Below, in pieces: positions 40,035 through 54,660 of a stretch of 64,000 nt of DNA (position 1 is its first letter; every line of letters begins with the position of its first letter). The position numbers and the translations under genes are program-made. The DNA comes from Flavobacteriales bacterium (GTDB lineage Bacteria; Bacteroidota; Bacteroidia; Flavobacteriales_F; PHOS-HE28). Below the pieces are notes generated by a model, which was not told where the DNA came from, made no database searches, and saw only the letters and a list, made by a program, of their open reading frames with translations. The DNA lies in assembly GCA_020635725.1 (NCBI GenBank), contig JACJZF010000009.1:24639-88638 (forward strand). Reading direction: 5' to 3'.

Positions 40035-40107
40035 ACGGGTGTAGCTCAATTGGTAGAGCGAAGGTCTCCAAAACCTTAGGCTGCGGGTTCGATTCCTGCC
40101 ACCCGTG
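40035..40107 (+). tRNA. tRNA-Trp (anticodon CCA)
   Basis: ACGGGTGTAGCTCAATTGGTAGAGCGAAGGTCTCCAAAACCTTAGGCTGCGGGTTCGATTCCTGCCACCCGTG. Confidence 0.8.
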
Positions 40108-40130
40108 CCGAGCAGAACAGCAAGCGATCG

Positions 40131-40367
40131 ATGGCAAGCTTCAAGACATACCTGAGCGAGAGCTACAACGAACTCGTGCACAAGGTGAGCTGGCCCACCT
40201 GGAAGGAGCTGCAGAGCAGCGCCATCGTGGTGCTGGTCTCCGCACTCATCCTGTCGCTCATCATCTTCGTGATGGACTACGTGTTCGGCGTGCAGAACAT
40301 GGGCGCCGAGGACACCGGCTTCTGGAAAGGAGTGCTGGGCTTCATCTACAAACTGATCGGCGCCTGA
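40131..40367 (+). CDS. secE: preprotein translocase subunit SecE
   Basis: 78 aa with a single C-terminal TM helix (AIVVLVSALILSLIIFVMDYVFG). Canonical position between tRNA-Trp and nusG. Confidence 0.85.
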   Translation: MASFKTYLSESYNELVHKVSWPTWKELQSSAIVVLVSALILSLIIFVMDYVFGVQNMGAEDTGFWKGVLGFIYKLIGA

Positions 40368-40370
40368 CCC

Positions 40371-40928
40371 ATGGCTGAGGCAGCAACCAAGAAGTGGTAC
40401 GTGGTCCGCGCCATCTCCGGCAAGGAGAAGAAGGTGAAGGAGCTCATCGACCTGGAGGTATCGCGCTCCAAGGGCATGAAGGACCGCATCGCGCAGGTGC
40501 TCATCCCCATGGAGAAGTTCTACCAGATCCGCGATGGCAAGAAGGTGAGCAAGGAGCGCAACTTCTTCCCCGGCTACGTGCTCATGGAGGCCGACCTCAC
40601 CGGTGAGATCGCCCACAGCATCAAGAACCTGCCGAACGTGATCGGCTTCCTCGGCGCGGAGAAGGGCGGCGACCCCGTTCCCTTGCGCCAGCAGGAGGTG
40701 AACCGCATCCTGGGCACCGTGGACGAGCTGGCCGATGCCGAGGCCACGAGCGTGAACCCCTACCATGTGGGAGAGGGCGTGAAGGTGATCGATGGGCCGT
40801 TCAACGGCTTCAACGGCGTGATCGAGGAGATCAACGAGGAGAAGAAGAAGCTGAAGGTGATGGTGAAGATCTTCGGACGGCGCACGCCGCTCGAGCTGAG
40901 CTTCATGCAAGTGGAGAAGGAGGTGTAG
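40371..40928 (+). CDS. nusG: transcription termination/antitermination factor NusG
   Basis: KWYVVRAISGKEKKV (NGN domain) and C-terminal KOW (GEGVKVIDGPFNGFNGVIEEI). Confidence 0.9.
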   Translation: MAEAATKKWYVVRAISGKEKKVKELIDLEVSRSKGMKDRIAQVLIPMEKFYQIRDGKKVSKERNFFPGYVLMEADLTGEIAHSIKNLPNVIGFLGAEKGGDPVPLRQQEVNRILGTVDELADAEATSVNPYHVGEGVKVIDGPFNGFNGVIEEINEEKKKLKVMVKIFGRRTPLELSFMQVEKEV

Positions 40929-41083
40929 CGGCGAGGCATGCCTCGCCCAGTCACCGGCGGAACGAAGAGCACGACAATAAGAACCCACGAGATCCCGGGT
41001 CAAGCCCGGGATGACGATCAGAGAAGCAAACCCGTCCGAGCCGACCGAGAGGAAGGCGCTATTAAGGACACAAACCAAGAACA

Positions 41084-41521
41084 ATGGCAAAGGAGGTAGC
41101 AGCGCTGATCAAGCTGCAAGTGAAAGGAGGGGCGGCCAACCCGTCACCCCCGATCGGTCCGGCACTGGGTGCCAAGGGCGTGAACATCATGGAGTTCTGC
41201 AAGCAGTTCAATGCGCGTACGCAGGACAAGGCCGGCAAGGTGCTCCCGGTGGTGATCACGGTCTACGCCGACAAGTCGTTCGACTTCATCATCAAGACCC
41301 CGCCCGCGGCCGTGCAGATCATCGATGCGGCCAAGATCAAGGGCGGTAGCGGCGTGCCCCACACCAAGAAGGTGGGCAGCATCAGCTGGGACCAGGTGAA
41401 GGCCATCGCCGAGGACAAGATGCCCGACCTGAACTGCTTCACCTTGGAGAGCGCCATGAGCATGGTGGCCGGAACGGCCCGCAGCATGGGCGTTACGGTG
41501 ACCGGCGACAAACCCTTCTAA
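41084..41521 (+). CDS. rplK: 50S ribosomal protein L11
   Basis: [43 protein letters not shown]. Confidence 0.95.
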   Translation: MAKEVAALIKLQVKGGAANPSPPIGPALGAKGVNIMEFCKQFNARTQDKAGKVLPVVITVYADKSFDFIIKTPPAAVQIIDAAKIKGGSGVPHTKKVGSISWDQVKAIAEDKMPDLNCFTLESAMSMVAGTARSMGVTVTGDKPF

Positions 41522-41531
41522 CCAGCACGCC

Positions 41532-42230
41532 ATGAGCAATCTGACCAAGAAAAGGAAGGCGGCGCTGGCCAAGTACGATGCCGCCAAGATCTACACCCTC
41601 CCGGAGGCGACGCAGATCGTGAAGCAAGTGAGCACCACCAAGTTCGACGCCACCGTGGATATCGCGGTGCGCCTCGGGGTGGACCCCAAGAAGAGCACCG
41701 AGATGGTGCGTGGCACCGTGAGCCTGCCCCATGGCACGGGTCGCGATGTACGCGTGCTGGTGCTGGCCGACCCCGCCAAGTGCGAGGAGGCCAAGGCGGC
41801 CGGCGCCGATATGGCCGGCCTGGATGATTTCGTTGAGAAGATCAAGGGCGGCTGGACGGACGTGGATGTGATCATCTGCACCCCTGCCGTGATGGCCAAG
41901 GTGGGCGCGCTGGGCCGTGTGCTCGGTCCCCGCGGCCTCATGCCCAACCCCAAGACCGGTACCGTGACCATGGATGTGGCCAAGGCCGTGAAGGAGGTGA
42001 AGGCGGGCAAGATCGACTTCAAGGTGGACAAGGCCGGCGTGATCCATGCCGTGATCGGCAAGGCCTCGTTCGACGCGCAGAAGCTCAGCGAGAACGCGCA
42101 CGAGCTGCTGCAGACCCTGGTGAAGCTGAAGCCCAGCACCGCCAAAGGAGCCTACATCAAGAGCATCACCGTGAGCAGCACCATGAGCCCGGGGGTGAAG
42201 GTGGATACACGAACCGTCCAAGTGGCCTAA
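41532..42230 (+). CDS. rplA: 50S ribosomal protein L1
   Basis: Canonical L1 sequence ([29 protein letters not shown]...). Confidence 0.95.
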   Translation: MSNLTKKRKAALAKYDAAKIYTLPEATQIVKQVSTTKFDATVDIAVRLGVDPKKSTEMVRGTVSLPHGTGRDVRVLVLADPAKCEEAKAAGADMAGLDDFVEKIKGGWTDVDVIICTPAVMAKVGALGRVLGPRGLMPNPKTGTVTMDVAKAVKEVKAGKIDFKVDKAGVIHAVIGKASFDAQKLSENAHELLQTLVKLKPSTAKGAYIKSITVSSTMSPGVKVDTRTVQVA

Positions 42231-42243
42231 TCCCAGTACGACC

Positions 42244-42795
42244 ATGGCAACCCGCACACAGAAAGACGAGGTGATCGCTGAGCTGATCAGCGAGATCAAG
42301 GCCACCAACGTGCTCTACCTCGCCGACGCGAGCGCCCTGAGCGCCGAGGCCACCAGCCACCTGCGCCGCGCCTGCCACACCAATGGCATCCGCATGCGCG
42401 TGGTGAAGAACACCCTGCTGCAGAAGGCGATGGAGCGCATCGAGGACAAGGACTACAGCGCCCTGTTCCCCACGCTCGCCGGCCAGACCGCGGTGATGTT
42501 CTCTGAGAAGGGCAACGCCCCGGCGAAGCTCATCCAGGACTTCCGCAAGAAGCATCCCGCCCCGAAGGACGTGGTGCCCAAGCCGCAGCTGAAGAGCGCC
42601 TGGATCGATGAGGCCGTGTTCATCGGCGATGACCAGGTGGCGATGCTCGCGAACCTCAAGGGCAAGGAGGAGCTCATCGGCGAGATCATCGGCCTGCTGC
42701 AGAGCCCGCTCAAGAACGTCATCAGCGGCCTGCAGGGCAGCGGTGGCCAGAAGATCGCCGGCCTGCTCAAGTCCCTCGAGGAACGAGCCGCATAA
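42244..42795 (+). CDS. rplJ: 50S ribosomal protein L10
   Basis: L10 family sequence and position upstream of rplL. Confidence 0.9.
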   Translation: MATRTQKDEVIAELISEIKATNVLYLADASALSAEATSHLRRACHTNGIRMRVVKNTLLQKAMERIEDKDYSALFPTLAGQTAVMFSEKGNAPAKLIQDFRKKHPAPKDVVPKPQLKSAWIDEAVFIGDDQVAMLANLKGKEELIGEIIGLLQSPLKNVISGLQGSGGQKIAGLLKSLEERAA

Positions 42796-42883
42796 GAGAC
42801 AAAGCGGGTTCCGGCTTCGCCGGCCCGACCAAACGCGTTACGCACAGTCCGCTTCCACGAACTAACCGCAACAACCCCGTAAA

Positions 42884-43261
42884 ATGGCAGACATCAAATC
42901 CCTGGGCGATCAGCTGGTAGCCCTCACCGTGAAAGAGGTGAACGAGCTGGCCCAATACCTGAAGGACGAGTACAAGATCGAGCCGGCCGCTGCTGCGGTG
43001 GCCGTAGCCGCTGGCCCCGCTGCCGGTGGTGGCGCCGCTGCTGAAGAGAAGACCAGCTTCGACGTGATCCTGAAGAGCGGCGGAGCCAACAAGCTCGCCG
43101 TGGTGAAGCTCGTGAAGGAGCTCACCGGCCTTGGCCTGAAAGAGGCGAAGGACCTGGTGGACGGCGCTCCGAAGCCGCTGAAGGAAGGCGTGAGCAAGGC
43201 TGACGCTGAGTCCCTGAAGCAGCAACTGACGGAAGCCGGCGCCGAAGTTGAGGTCAAGTAA
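42884..43261 (+). CDS. rplL: 50S ribosomal protein L7/L12
   Basis: Ala-rich flexible hinge plus C-terminal domain ([49 protein letters not shown]). Confidence 0.95.
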   Translation: MADIKSLGDQLVALTVKEVNELAQYLKDEYKIEPAAAAVAVAAGPAAGGGAAAEEKTSFDVILKSGGANKLAVVKLVKELTGLGLKEAKDLVDGAPKPLKEGVSKADAESLKQQLTEAGAEVEVK

Positions 43262-43279
43262 GATCCTCAGCGCAACTGC

Positions 43280-43340
43280 ATCACAGCAGCGCGGGATGGC
43301 CCCGATCGGGGCCATCCCCGCCATGCTGTGATATCGGTTT
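43280..43340 (+). promoter_or_regulatory. long imperfect hairpin in the rplL-rpoB spacer (attenuator / partial terminator candidate)
   Basis: Inner arms gcgggatggcccc-gatc-ggggccatccccgc flanked by atcacagcagc / catgctgtgat, then atatcggttt. Sits in the position where enterobacteria have the rplL-rpoB attenuator. Confidence 0.45.
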
Positions 43341-43450
43341 GTACCCACGGCGCCCAGCGCCGCTCCCCGACCGCGGTTGATCCGACGCGGAAGGCGCGAT
43401 AGCAGGAGGATCGAACGTATCCAACGTCTTCCATTCCCGACCCCCACCCA

Positions 43451-46400
43451 ATGGCCCAGGCGAAGACCACCAAGAAAGGCAAGCGCATCGACTTCGGCTC
43501 CAGCAAGATCGGCATCGATTACCCCGACTTCCTGGACATCCAGCTCAAGAGCTTCGAGGAATTCTTCCAGATCGACACCCTCCCCGAGGACCGCGAGCAG
43601 GAAGGCCTCTTCAAGGTCTTCAGCGAGAACTTCCCCATCACGGACACCCGCAACCAGTTCGTGCTGGAGTTCCTCGACTACTTCATCGACCCCCCCCGGT
43701 ACGCGATCGACGAGTGCATCGAACGCGGCCTCACCTACAGCGTGCCCCTCAAGGCCAAGCTGAAACTCTACTGCACCGACCCCGAGCACGAGGATTTCGA
43801 GACCATCGTGCAGGACGTCTATCTCGGCCAGATCCCCTACATGACCCCCAAGGGCTCGTTCGTGGTGAACGGCGCCGAGCGCGTGGTCGTGTCCCAATTG
43901 CACCGTTCGCCGGGCGTGTTCTTCGGCCAGAGCCGCCACGCCAACGGCACCAAGCTGTACAGCGCCCGGGTCATCCCCTTCAAGGGCAGCTGGATCGAGT
44001 TCGCCACGGACATCAACGGCGTCATGTACGCCTACATCGATCGGAAGAAGAAGCTGCCGGTGACCACGCTGCTGCGCGCCATCGGCTTCGAGAGCGATAA
44101 GCAGATCCTGGAGATCTTCGGCCTGGCCGACGAGATCAAGGTGACCAAGGCCGCCATCAAGGAGAGCGTGGGCCGCAAGCTGGCCGCTCGTGTGCTGAAG
44201 ACCTGGGTGGAGGACTTCGTGGACGAGGACACCGGCGAGGTGGTGAGCATCGAGCGGAACGAGGTGCTGATCGACCGGGAGACGGTGATCGAGGAGGAGC
44301 ACGTGGACCAGATCGTGGAGAGCGGCGCCAAGACGATCATCCTGCACAAGGCAGGCATCAACGCGGCTGACTACGCCCTGATCTACAACACGCTGCAGAA
44401 GGATACCTCGAACTCCGAGAAGGAGGCCGTGGAGGTGATCTACCGCCAGCTGCGCAACGCCGAGCCGCCCGATCTGGAAACGGCCCGCGGCGTCATCGAC
44501 AAGCTCTTCTTCAGCGAGCAGCGCTATGACCTGGGCGAGGTGGGCCGCTACCGCATCAACAAGAAGCTGGGCCTGCAGAGCGAGCTGAGCGTGCGCGTGC
44601 TCACCAAGGAGGACATCATCTTCATCATCAAGTACCTCATCGAGCTGGTGAACTCCAAGGCCGATGTGGACGATATCGATCACCTGAGCAACCGGCGCGT
44701 GCGCACCGTGGGCGAGCAGCTGCACAGCCAGTTCGGCGTGGGCCTGGCCCGCATGGCCCGCACGATCCGCGAGCGCATGAACGTGCGCGACAACGAGGTG
44801 TTCACCCCCACCGACCTGATCAACGCCAAGACGCTGAGCTCGGTGATCAACTCGTTCTTCGGCACCAACCAGCTGAGCCAGTTCCTGGACCAGACCAACC
44901 CGCTGAGCGAGATCACCAACAAGCGCCGGATGTCGGCCCTCGGGCCCGGTGGCCTCAGCCGCGAGCGCGCGGGCTTCGAGGTGCGCGACGTGCACTACAC
45001 GCACTACGGCCGCCTCTGCACCATCGAGACGCCTGAGGGACCGAACATCGGTCTGATCAGCAGCCTTTGCGTGTACAGCAAGATCAACAGCCTCGGCTTC
45101 ATCGAGACGCCCTATCGCCCCGTGAACGACGGCAAGGTGGATCTGAAGGCCGATGTGGTGTACCTGAGCGCCGAAGAGGAGGACAACAAGATGATCGCCC
45201 AGGCCAACGCCCAGGTGAACGACAAGGGCGAGTTCGTCACCGATCGCGTGAAGGCCCGCCTCATGGGCGACTTCCCCGTGGTGGCGCCCAAGGAGCTGCA
45301 CCTGATGGACGTAGGCCCGAACCAGATCGCCTCGATCGCGGCCTCGCTGATCCCCTTCCTGGAGCACAACGACGCCAACCGCGCGCTGATGGGCTCGAAC
45401 ATGATGCGCCAGGCCGTGCCGCTGCTGCGCCCCGAGGCGCCCATCGTGGGCACCGGCCTCGAGGAGCTGGTGGCGCGCGACAGCCGCGTGCTGCTCACCG
45501 CCGAAGGGGAGGGCACCGTGAAGTACGTCGACGCGGACCGCATCGTGATCGATTACAAGCGCACCGAGGAGGACCGCATCGTGAGCTTCGAGGGCGACGA
45601 GAAGGAATACAAGCTCACCAAGTTCCGCAAGACCAACCAGAGCACCTGCATGAACCTGCGACCCCTGGTGACCCGGGGCGAGAAGGTGAGCAAGGGCCAG
45701 ACCCTGTGCGAGGGCTACGGCACGCAGGATGGCGAGCTGGCCATCGGCCGCAACCTGCAAGTGGCCTTCATGCCCTGGAAAGGCTACAACTTCGAGGACG
45801 CCATCGTGATCAGCGAGCGCGTGGCCTCGGAGGACATCTTCACCTCCATCCACATCGATGAGTACATCATGGAGGTGCGCGACACCAAGCGCGGCCTGGA
45901 GGAGCTCACCAGCGATATCCCGAACGTGTCGGAAGAGGCCACCAAGGACCTCGACGAGAACGGCCTGATCCGCATCGGCGCGGAGATCAAGGAGGGCGAC
46001 ATCATCATCGGGAAGATCACCCCCAAGGGCGAGACCGATCCCAGCCCCGAGGAGAAACTGCTGCGCGCCATCTTCGGCGACAAGGCCGGCGACGTGAAGG
46101 ACGCCTCGATGAAGGCCCCGCCCAGCACCAAGGGCGTGGTCATCGACAAGAAGCTCTTCAGCCGGGCCGTGAAGGACAAGAAGGCCAAGGGCAACGAGAA
46201 GGGCATCCTGGAGCAGATCGACAAGGATCAGGACAAGGAGCTCGGCTCATTGAAGAACCTGCTGATCGAGAAGCTCATGCAGCTGATCGGCGGCGAGGCC
46301 AGCAACGGCGTCTTCAACAAGTACAAGGAGGAGCAGATCAAGAAGGGCACCAAGTACAGCCCGAAGGTGCTGCAGGCCATCGACTTCATCACCGTGGACC

Positions 46401-47269
46401 CCACGGAATGGGTGGCCGACAAGCGCAAGAGCGAGCTCGTGCGCCAGCTGATCCACAACTTCACCATCCGCTACAGCGACATCAGCGGCGCATACAAGCG
46501 CAAGAAGTTCCAAGTGAGCATCGGCGATGAGCTCCCCGCTGGTATCGTGAAGCTGGCCAAGGTGTACGTGGCCGCGAAGCGCAAGCTCACCGTAGGCGAC
46601 AAGATGGCCGGCCGACACGGCAACAAGGGCATCGTGGCCAAGATCGTGCGCGATGCGGACATGCCCTTCCTCGAGGACGGCACACCGGTCGATATCGTGC
46701 TGAACCCGCTGGGCGTGCCCAGCCGGATGAACCTGGGCCAGATCTACGAGACCGTGCTGGGCTGGGCCGGCAAGAAGCTGGGCCGCAAGTACGCCACGCC
46801 GATCTTCGACGGGGCCACCAACGACCAGATCAACGCCGAGACCGACGAGGCCGGCATCCCGCGCAGCGGCAAGACCTACTTGTACGACGGCGGCACCGGC
46901 CATCGCTTCGATCAGCCGGCCACCGTGGGCGTGATCTACATGATCAAACTGGCACACATGGTCGATGACAAGATGCACGCGCGCTCGATCGGCCCCTACA
47001 GCCTGATCACCCAGCAGCCGCTGGGCGGTAAGGCCCAGTTCGGTGGCCAGCGCTTCGGCGAGATGGAGGTGTGGGCGCTCGAGGCTTTCGGCGCCGCCAA
47101 CATCCTGCAGGAGATCCTCACCGTGAAGAGCGACGACGTGATGGGCCGTGCCAAGGCGTACGAGGCCATCGTGAAAGGCGAACCGCTCCCGACCCCGGGC
47201 ATCCCCGAATCGTTCAACGTGCTGCTCCACGAACTCCGTGGCCTGGCCCTGAACGTGTCACTCGAGTGA
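43451..47269 (+). CDS. rpoB: DNA-directed RNA polymerase subunit beta
   Basis: 1272 aa with full RpoB conserved blocks. Confidence 0.97.
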   Translation: MAQAKTTKKGKRIDFGSSKIGIDYPDFLDIQLKSFEEFFQIDTLPEDREQEGLFKVFSENFPITDTRNQFVLEFLDYFIDPPRYAIDECIERGLTYSVPLKAKLKLYCTDPEHEDFETIVQDVYLGQIPYMTPKGSFVVNGAERVVVSQLHRSPGVFFGQSRHANGTKLYSARVIPFKGSWIEFATDINGVMYAYIDRKKKLPVTTLLRAIGFESDKQILEIFGLADEIKVTKAAIKESVGRKLAARVLKTWVEDFVDEDTGEVVSIERNEVLIDRETVIEEEHVDQIVESGAKTIILHKAGINAADYALIYNTLQKDTSNSEKEAVEVIYRQLRNAEPPDLETARGVIDKLFFSEQRYDLGEVGRYRINKKLGLQSELSVRVLTKEDIIFIIKYLIELVNSKADVDDIDHLSNRRVRTVGEQLHSQFGVGLARMARTIRERMNVRDNEVFTPTDLINAKTLSSVINSFFGTNQLSQFLDQTNPLSEITNKRRMSALGPGGLSRERAGFEVRDVHYTHYGRLCTIETPEGPNIGLISSLCVYSKINSLGFIETPYRPVNDGKVDLKADVVYLSAEEEDNKMIAQANAQVNDKGEFVTDRVKARLMGDFPVVAPKELHLMDVGPNQIASIAASLIPFLEHNDANRALMGSNMMRQAVPLLRPEAPIVGTGLEELVARDSRVLLTAEGEGTVKYVDADRIVIDYKRTEEDRIVSFEGDEKEYKLTKFRKTNQSTCMNLRPLVTRGEKVSKGQTLCEGYGTQDGELAIGRNLQVAFMPWKGYNFEDAIVISERVASEDIFTSIHIDEYIMEVRDTKRGLEELTSDIPNVSEEATKDLDENGLIRIGAEIKEGDIIIGKITPKGETDPSPEEKLLRAIFGDKAGDVKDASMKAPPSTKGVVIDKKLFSRAVKDKKAKGNEKGILEQIDKDQDKELGSLKNLLIEKLMQLIGGEASNGVFNKYKEEQIKKGTKYSPKVLQAIDFITVDPTEWVADKRKSELVRQLIHNFTIRYSDISGAYKRKKFQVSIGDELPAGIVKLAKVYVAAKRKLTVGDKMAGRHGNKGIVAKIVRDADMPFLEDGTPVDIVLNPLGVPSRMNLGQIYETVLGWAGKKLGRKYATPIFDGATNDQINAETDEAGIPRSGKTYLYDGGTGHRFDQPATVGVIYMIKLAHMVDDKMHARSIGPYSLITQQPLGGKAQFGGQRFGEMEVWALEAFGAANILQEILTVKSDDVMGRAKAYEAIVKGEPLPTPGIPESFNVLLHELRGLALNVSLE

Positions 47270-47313
47270 CCCTGCGCATCTGAACGACGAACGGTAGCAA
47301 GCAACGCGAGAAC

Positions 47314-51612
<4,299 letters not shown>

Positions 51613-51631
51613 GGCTGAGAAGCTGAAACAG

Positions 51632-51714
51632 GAAAGTTGAAAGCTGAAAGGGGAACCTGACGCACCAGCGGACGGAGCCCCTTTCAACTTTCAGCTTTCA
51701 ACTTTCATATTTCC
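51632..51714 (+). terminator. long purine-rich hairpin terminator after rpoC
   Basis: gaaagttgaaagctgaaagggg ... cccctttcaactttcagctttcaactttc, followed by atatttcc. The 3' arm carries a 7-nt internal duplication (actttca). Confidence 0.55.
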
Positions 51715-51718
51715 GATA

Positions 51719-52039
51719 ATGGCAGACGAGAAGAACAAACCCCAGCCCAACCAGCTGAACATCGAGATCAGCGAGGAGGTAGCCGATGGCATCTACAGCA
51801 ACCTGGCCATCATCACGCACAGCAACTCGGAGTTCGTGCTCGACTTCGTGCGCGTGATGCCCGGCGTGCCCAAGGCGAAGGTGCGCTCGCGCATCCTGCT
51901 CACGCCCCAGCACGCCAAGCGCCTCATGCGCGCGCTGGCCGACAACATCCAGAAGTTCGAGCAGGTGCACGGCACCATCCGCGACACCGACATGCCCGAG
52001 ATACCGATGAATTTCGGTGGGCCTGCGGCGCAGGCTTGA
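51719..52039 (+). CDS. DUF3467-family protein (conserved immediately downstream of rpoC in Bacteroidota)
   Basis: MADEKNKPQPNQLNIEISEEVADGIYSNLAIITHSNSEFVLDFVRVMPGVPKAKVRSRILLTPQHAKRLMRAL. Sequence and position match the conserved rpoC-adjacent small protein of this phylum. Confidence 0.75.
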   Translation: MADEKNKPQPNQLNIEISEEVADGIYSNLAIITHSNSEFVLDFVRVMPGVPKAKVRSRILLTPQHAKRLMRALADNIQKFEQVHGTIRDTDMPEIPMNFGGPAAQA

Positions 52040-52058
52040 TCAATCGATAAGCGTTGAG

Positions 52059-52092
52059 CAGCCCCTTGGAAACGAGGGGCTTCTTCGTTTCG
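52059..52092. terminator. bidirectional terminator hairpin between DUF3467 gene (+) and a small minus-strand gene
   Basis: gcccct-tggaaacg-aggggc, followed by ttcttcgttt. Confidence 0.5.
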
Positions 52093-52094
52093 GA

Positions 52095-52334
52095 CTAAAG
52101 GCGGAGGGCCCGGATTCGCTCTTCCACCGAAGCCTCCGCGCATTGCCGCTTCAGCTCCTTGTCGATGTGCCGGGCGTAGCCATCCGTGGCGTAACCGTGC
52201 GCGATCAGGTGCAGGTCGAGCAAGAGGCCGTCAATCGCTTCCCAGAGCTCCTCGGAAGGCCGCTGCCCCCACGAGAGCTTCTCATAGTCACCTTTCACGG
52301 ACTCGTAAACATCAAGGAGGTCGTGCGTGATCAT
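52095..52334 (-). CDS. 79-aa hypothetical protein translationally coupled to the patatin-like gene
   Basis: ATG 52334-52332 overlaps the patatin gene stop as ATGA. Translation is MITHDLLDVYESVKGDYEKLSWGQRPSEELWEAIDGLLLDLHLIAHGYATDGYARHIDKELKRQCAEASVEERIRALRL. Protein-like composition. Supplied ORF (52095..52427) extends further upstream. Confidence 0.4.
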   Translation of the reverse strand: MITHDLLDVYESVKGDYEKLSWGQRPSEELWEAIDGLLLDLHLIAHGYATDGYARHIDKELKRQCAEASVEERIRALRL

Positions 52335-54610
52335 TCCTGCGCCTTCTGGTTGAAGAGGATGTAGCCGAAGTTGAGGCTCCAGGCCCAAGGCTCGCGCTGC
52401 TGGTCGAAGTAGCTCACGTTGAACCATACCGGGCCAATCGGGCTCTGGTAGATGAGCGAGCCGGAGCCGATGTAGCGCTGCGGCCCGAAGCCGGCCTCCA
52501 CCGTCGCCTCGCCGTCATCGTTCTTGCCGAAGGGCTCGTACGATTGGAAGACATAGCCCTCCAGTCGAAGGTCGAAGCGGTTGCGCGCGACAGCGATGAT
52601 CGAGCGCAGGCCACCGGCCAAATACTTCGGTGCCCGGAACTGCTCCATGAAGTAGGTGCGGCTCTCCGGGGTGGGTTGGAAGGCGGGCGCACGGATGATG
52701 CTGGCGGTGTAGTTCTGGAAAGCGGGCATGGTACTGAAGACGCCCTCGGCGAGCACCCCGATCTTGAAGATGCCTTTGCGCAGTACGTATTGGTCGAGTT
52801 GGGCCTTCGCCATGAGCCATTCGTGATCGGCCTTATGGTAGCCGATCCCTTGCTGTGTCGATCCCAGATCCGTTCGCTCCTCTCCGCGCACGTAGCGGGC
52901 GCTGAAGCAGAGCGACTCGCCCTCGTTGGGGTGCTGCTTCCGGTTGAGGGAGTTGCGGGTGATGAGGAGCCCAGCGGTCCCATGCCTGAACCAGGTCACA
53001 TCGCTCGTGTCGCTGCCGCTGAATTCCAGCGTCTGGTAATAGCTGTCCTTGGTCTCGGCCAATTTGCCATCGAAGCGGAGCAGGCCCTTGTTGCCCAGGC
53101 CCATGCCGATGTTCATGCCGCCCCAGGTCTCGCGGATAACGACGTACGAGGGGCGCACCTCATCGAAGAAGGTGCTGAAGCCGCTGAAGTGGTCCCATCG
53201 GTGGATGCTGAATACCGGTTCGAGGTAGAGCGGGAGCCGCGTGCTGAGGTCGGCGCGGAGCTTCAGCTGGCCAGCGGTGTAGAACTTGCCGAAGTAGGAG
53301 AGGGCCTGCAGCTGCGCCGAGGAGCCGCCGAAGAGCTTGTACCGCAACGCGACCATGCCGGTATTGATGGGACGCGAGGAGAACATGCCGCCGAAACGGA
53401 CCTCCAGGTCTTTCTCGGGTTTCACCATGAGGCGCAGGTCATAGTCCTGGCGCTGGGCATTCCACGATGCCCTGGGGTACAAGAGCGCGATGTTGTTGTC
53501 GGCGAAGAGCCTGAAATAGGCGCTCTTGAGCCGGTCCGGGGTCAGTGGCGACCCAGCCTGCTCGATCACATTCGCGCAGTAACGAGATGCGGCGCGTTTC
53601 AGCCCTTCCACTTCCACGTTGCCGAAAACCATCGGTTTCAACCGGGCGCGAAAGGCCGCGCGCCGCTCAGCGACCACCGACCGAGGGATGCGCTGGTGCA
53701 CCTGCCGCAGGATTTCGGGCATGCGCTCCATCGTCTCCCGATAACCGTCGTCGATCGCGCGCCCGGGGTCGCTGAAGTCGAACAGGGAGACATCGGTATG
53801 AGGCTCGATGATCACGCCATTCTCGCAGATCACGCTGAAGGTGGTGGGCTCCTGCATCATGGCGCGCAGCTGGCTCACTAGGTCGTCCTCGCTCGGTGGT
53901 GGCGAATTGCCGCTGACGTTGCTGCCGATGATCAGATCCGGGAAGAAATCGGCGTACATCACATCGCTCGGGAAGTTGTTGTAGAGCCCGCCGTCCATCA
54001 TCAGGTGGCCGTTCACGCGAATCGGCTTGAAGTAGAACGGATAGCTCATGCTGGCGCGCACGGCTTGCGCCAGGTCACCCTCGCGGAAGACCACCGATTC
54101 CTGCGCGGTGAGGTCGCTGGCCACGCAGCGGAACGGCACGAAGAGCGAATCCATGTTGCCGTTGGAGGCCACATTGGCCGGTGTGAAGCCCAGCATCTGC
54201 TCGAAGTCGAGGAGGACCGGGCTGCGCAGGTTGGTGGGGAGCGAGGTCTGCAGCGCCGTGTCCAGGTCGAAGCGGACCGAGATCAGTGAGGCATCAGGAA
54301 GGCCCTGCTTGAAGAAGTAGGTATAGCGCGGCTCGATGCCGCCCTCGGCCATGGTGCGGTACAGGTCCGTGCGGAAGAGCGAGTCCATCTCCCACGGAGA
54401 GTAGCCGGCTGCGTAGAGGGCTCCGACAAGGGCGCCCATGCTGCTCCCGGTGATGCAATCGACGGGCACACCGTTCTCTTCCAGGGCCTTCAGCACACCG
54501 ATGTGGGCCATGCCCGTGGCACCTCCGCCGCTGAGCACCAGGCCGACGCGTTGCGCAACTGCCCCCAATCCGACCAAGCAGAGTATCAGGACGATGAGCA
54601 GGCGTTGCAT
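52331..54610 (-). CDS. patatin-like phospholipase with a long C-terminal extension
   Basis: Start ATG 54608-54610 (MQRLLIVLILCLVGLGAVAQ signal peptide). GLVLSGGGATGMAHIGVLKALEE (oxyanion GGG/GxG) and GSSMGA (GxSxG nucleophile). About 450 further residues of beta-rich sequence. Confidence 0.75.
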   Translation of the reverse strand: MQRLLIVLILCLVGLGAVAQRVGLVLSGGGATGMAHIGVLKALEENGVPVDCITGSSMGALVGALYAAGYSPWEMDSLFRTDLYRTMAEGGIEPRYTYFFKQGLPDASLISVRFDLDTALQTSLPTNLRSPVLLDFEQMLGFTPANVASNGNMDSLFVPFRCVASDLTAQESVVFREGDLAQAVRASMSYPFYFKPIRVNGHLMMDGGLYNNFPSDVMYADFFPDLIIGSNVSGNSPPPSEDDLVSQLRAMMQEPTTFSVICENGVIIEPHTDVSLFDFSDPGRAIDDGYRETMERMPEILRQVHQRIPRSVVAERRAAFRARLKPMVFGNVEVEGLKRAASRYCANVIEQAGSPLTPDRLKSAYFRLFADNNIALLYPRASWNAQRQDYDLRLMVKPEKDLEVRFGGMFSSRPINTGMVALRYKLFGGSSAQLQALSYFGKFYTAGQLKLRADLSTRLPLYLEPVFSIHRWDHFSGFSTFFDEVRPSYVVIRETWGGMNIGMGLGNKGLLRFDGKLAETKDSYYQTLEFSGSDTSDVTWFRHGTAGLLITRNSLNRKQHPNEGESLCFSARYVRGEERTDLGSTQQGIGYHKADHEWLMAKAQLDQYVLRKGIFKIGVLAEGVFSTMPAFQNYTASIIRAPAFQPTPESRTYFMEQFRAPKYLAGGLRSIIAVARNRFDLRLEGYVFQSYEPFGKNDDGEATVEAGFGPQRYIGSGSLIYQSPIGPVWFNVSYFDQQREPWAWSLNFGYILFNQKAQE

Positions 54611-54660
54611 GGCGGCGGGGCGAGCAAAAGTAGGGCCGCTCCCCCGGCCGCTTCGGCCGC

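Noticed and set aside
42767-45853. 1028-aa minus-strand ORF
   Set aside because: It lies antisense to rplL/rpoB.
52017-52364. 115-aa plus-strand ORF
   Set aside because: It overlaps a bidirectional terminator and the better-supported minus-strand 79-aa ORF, and its composition is not protein-like.
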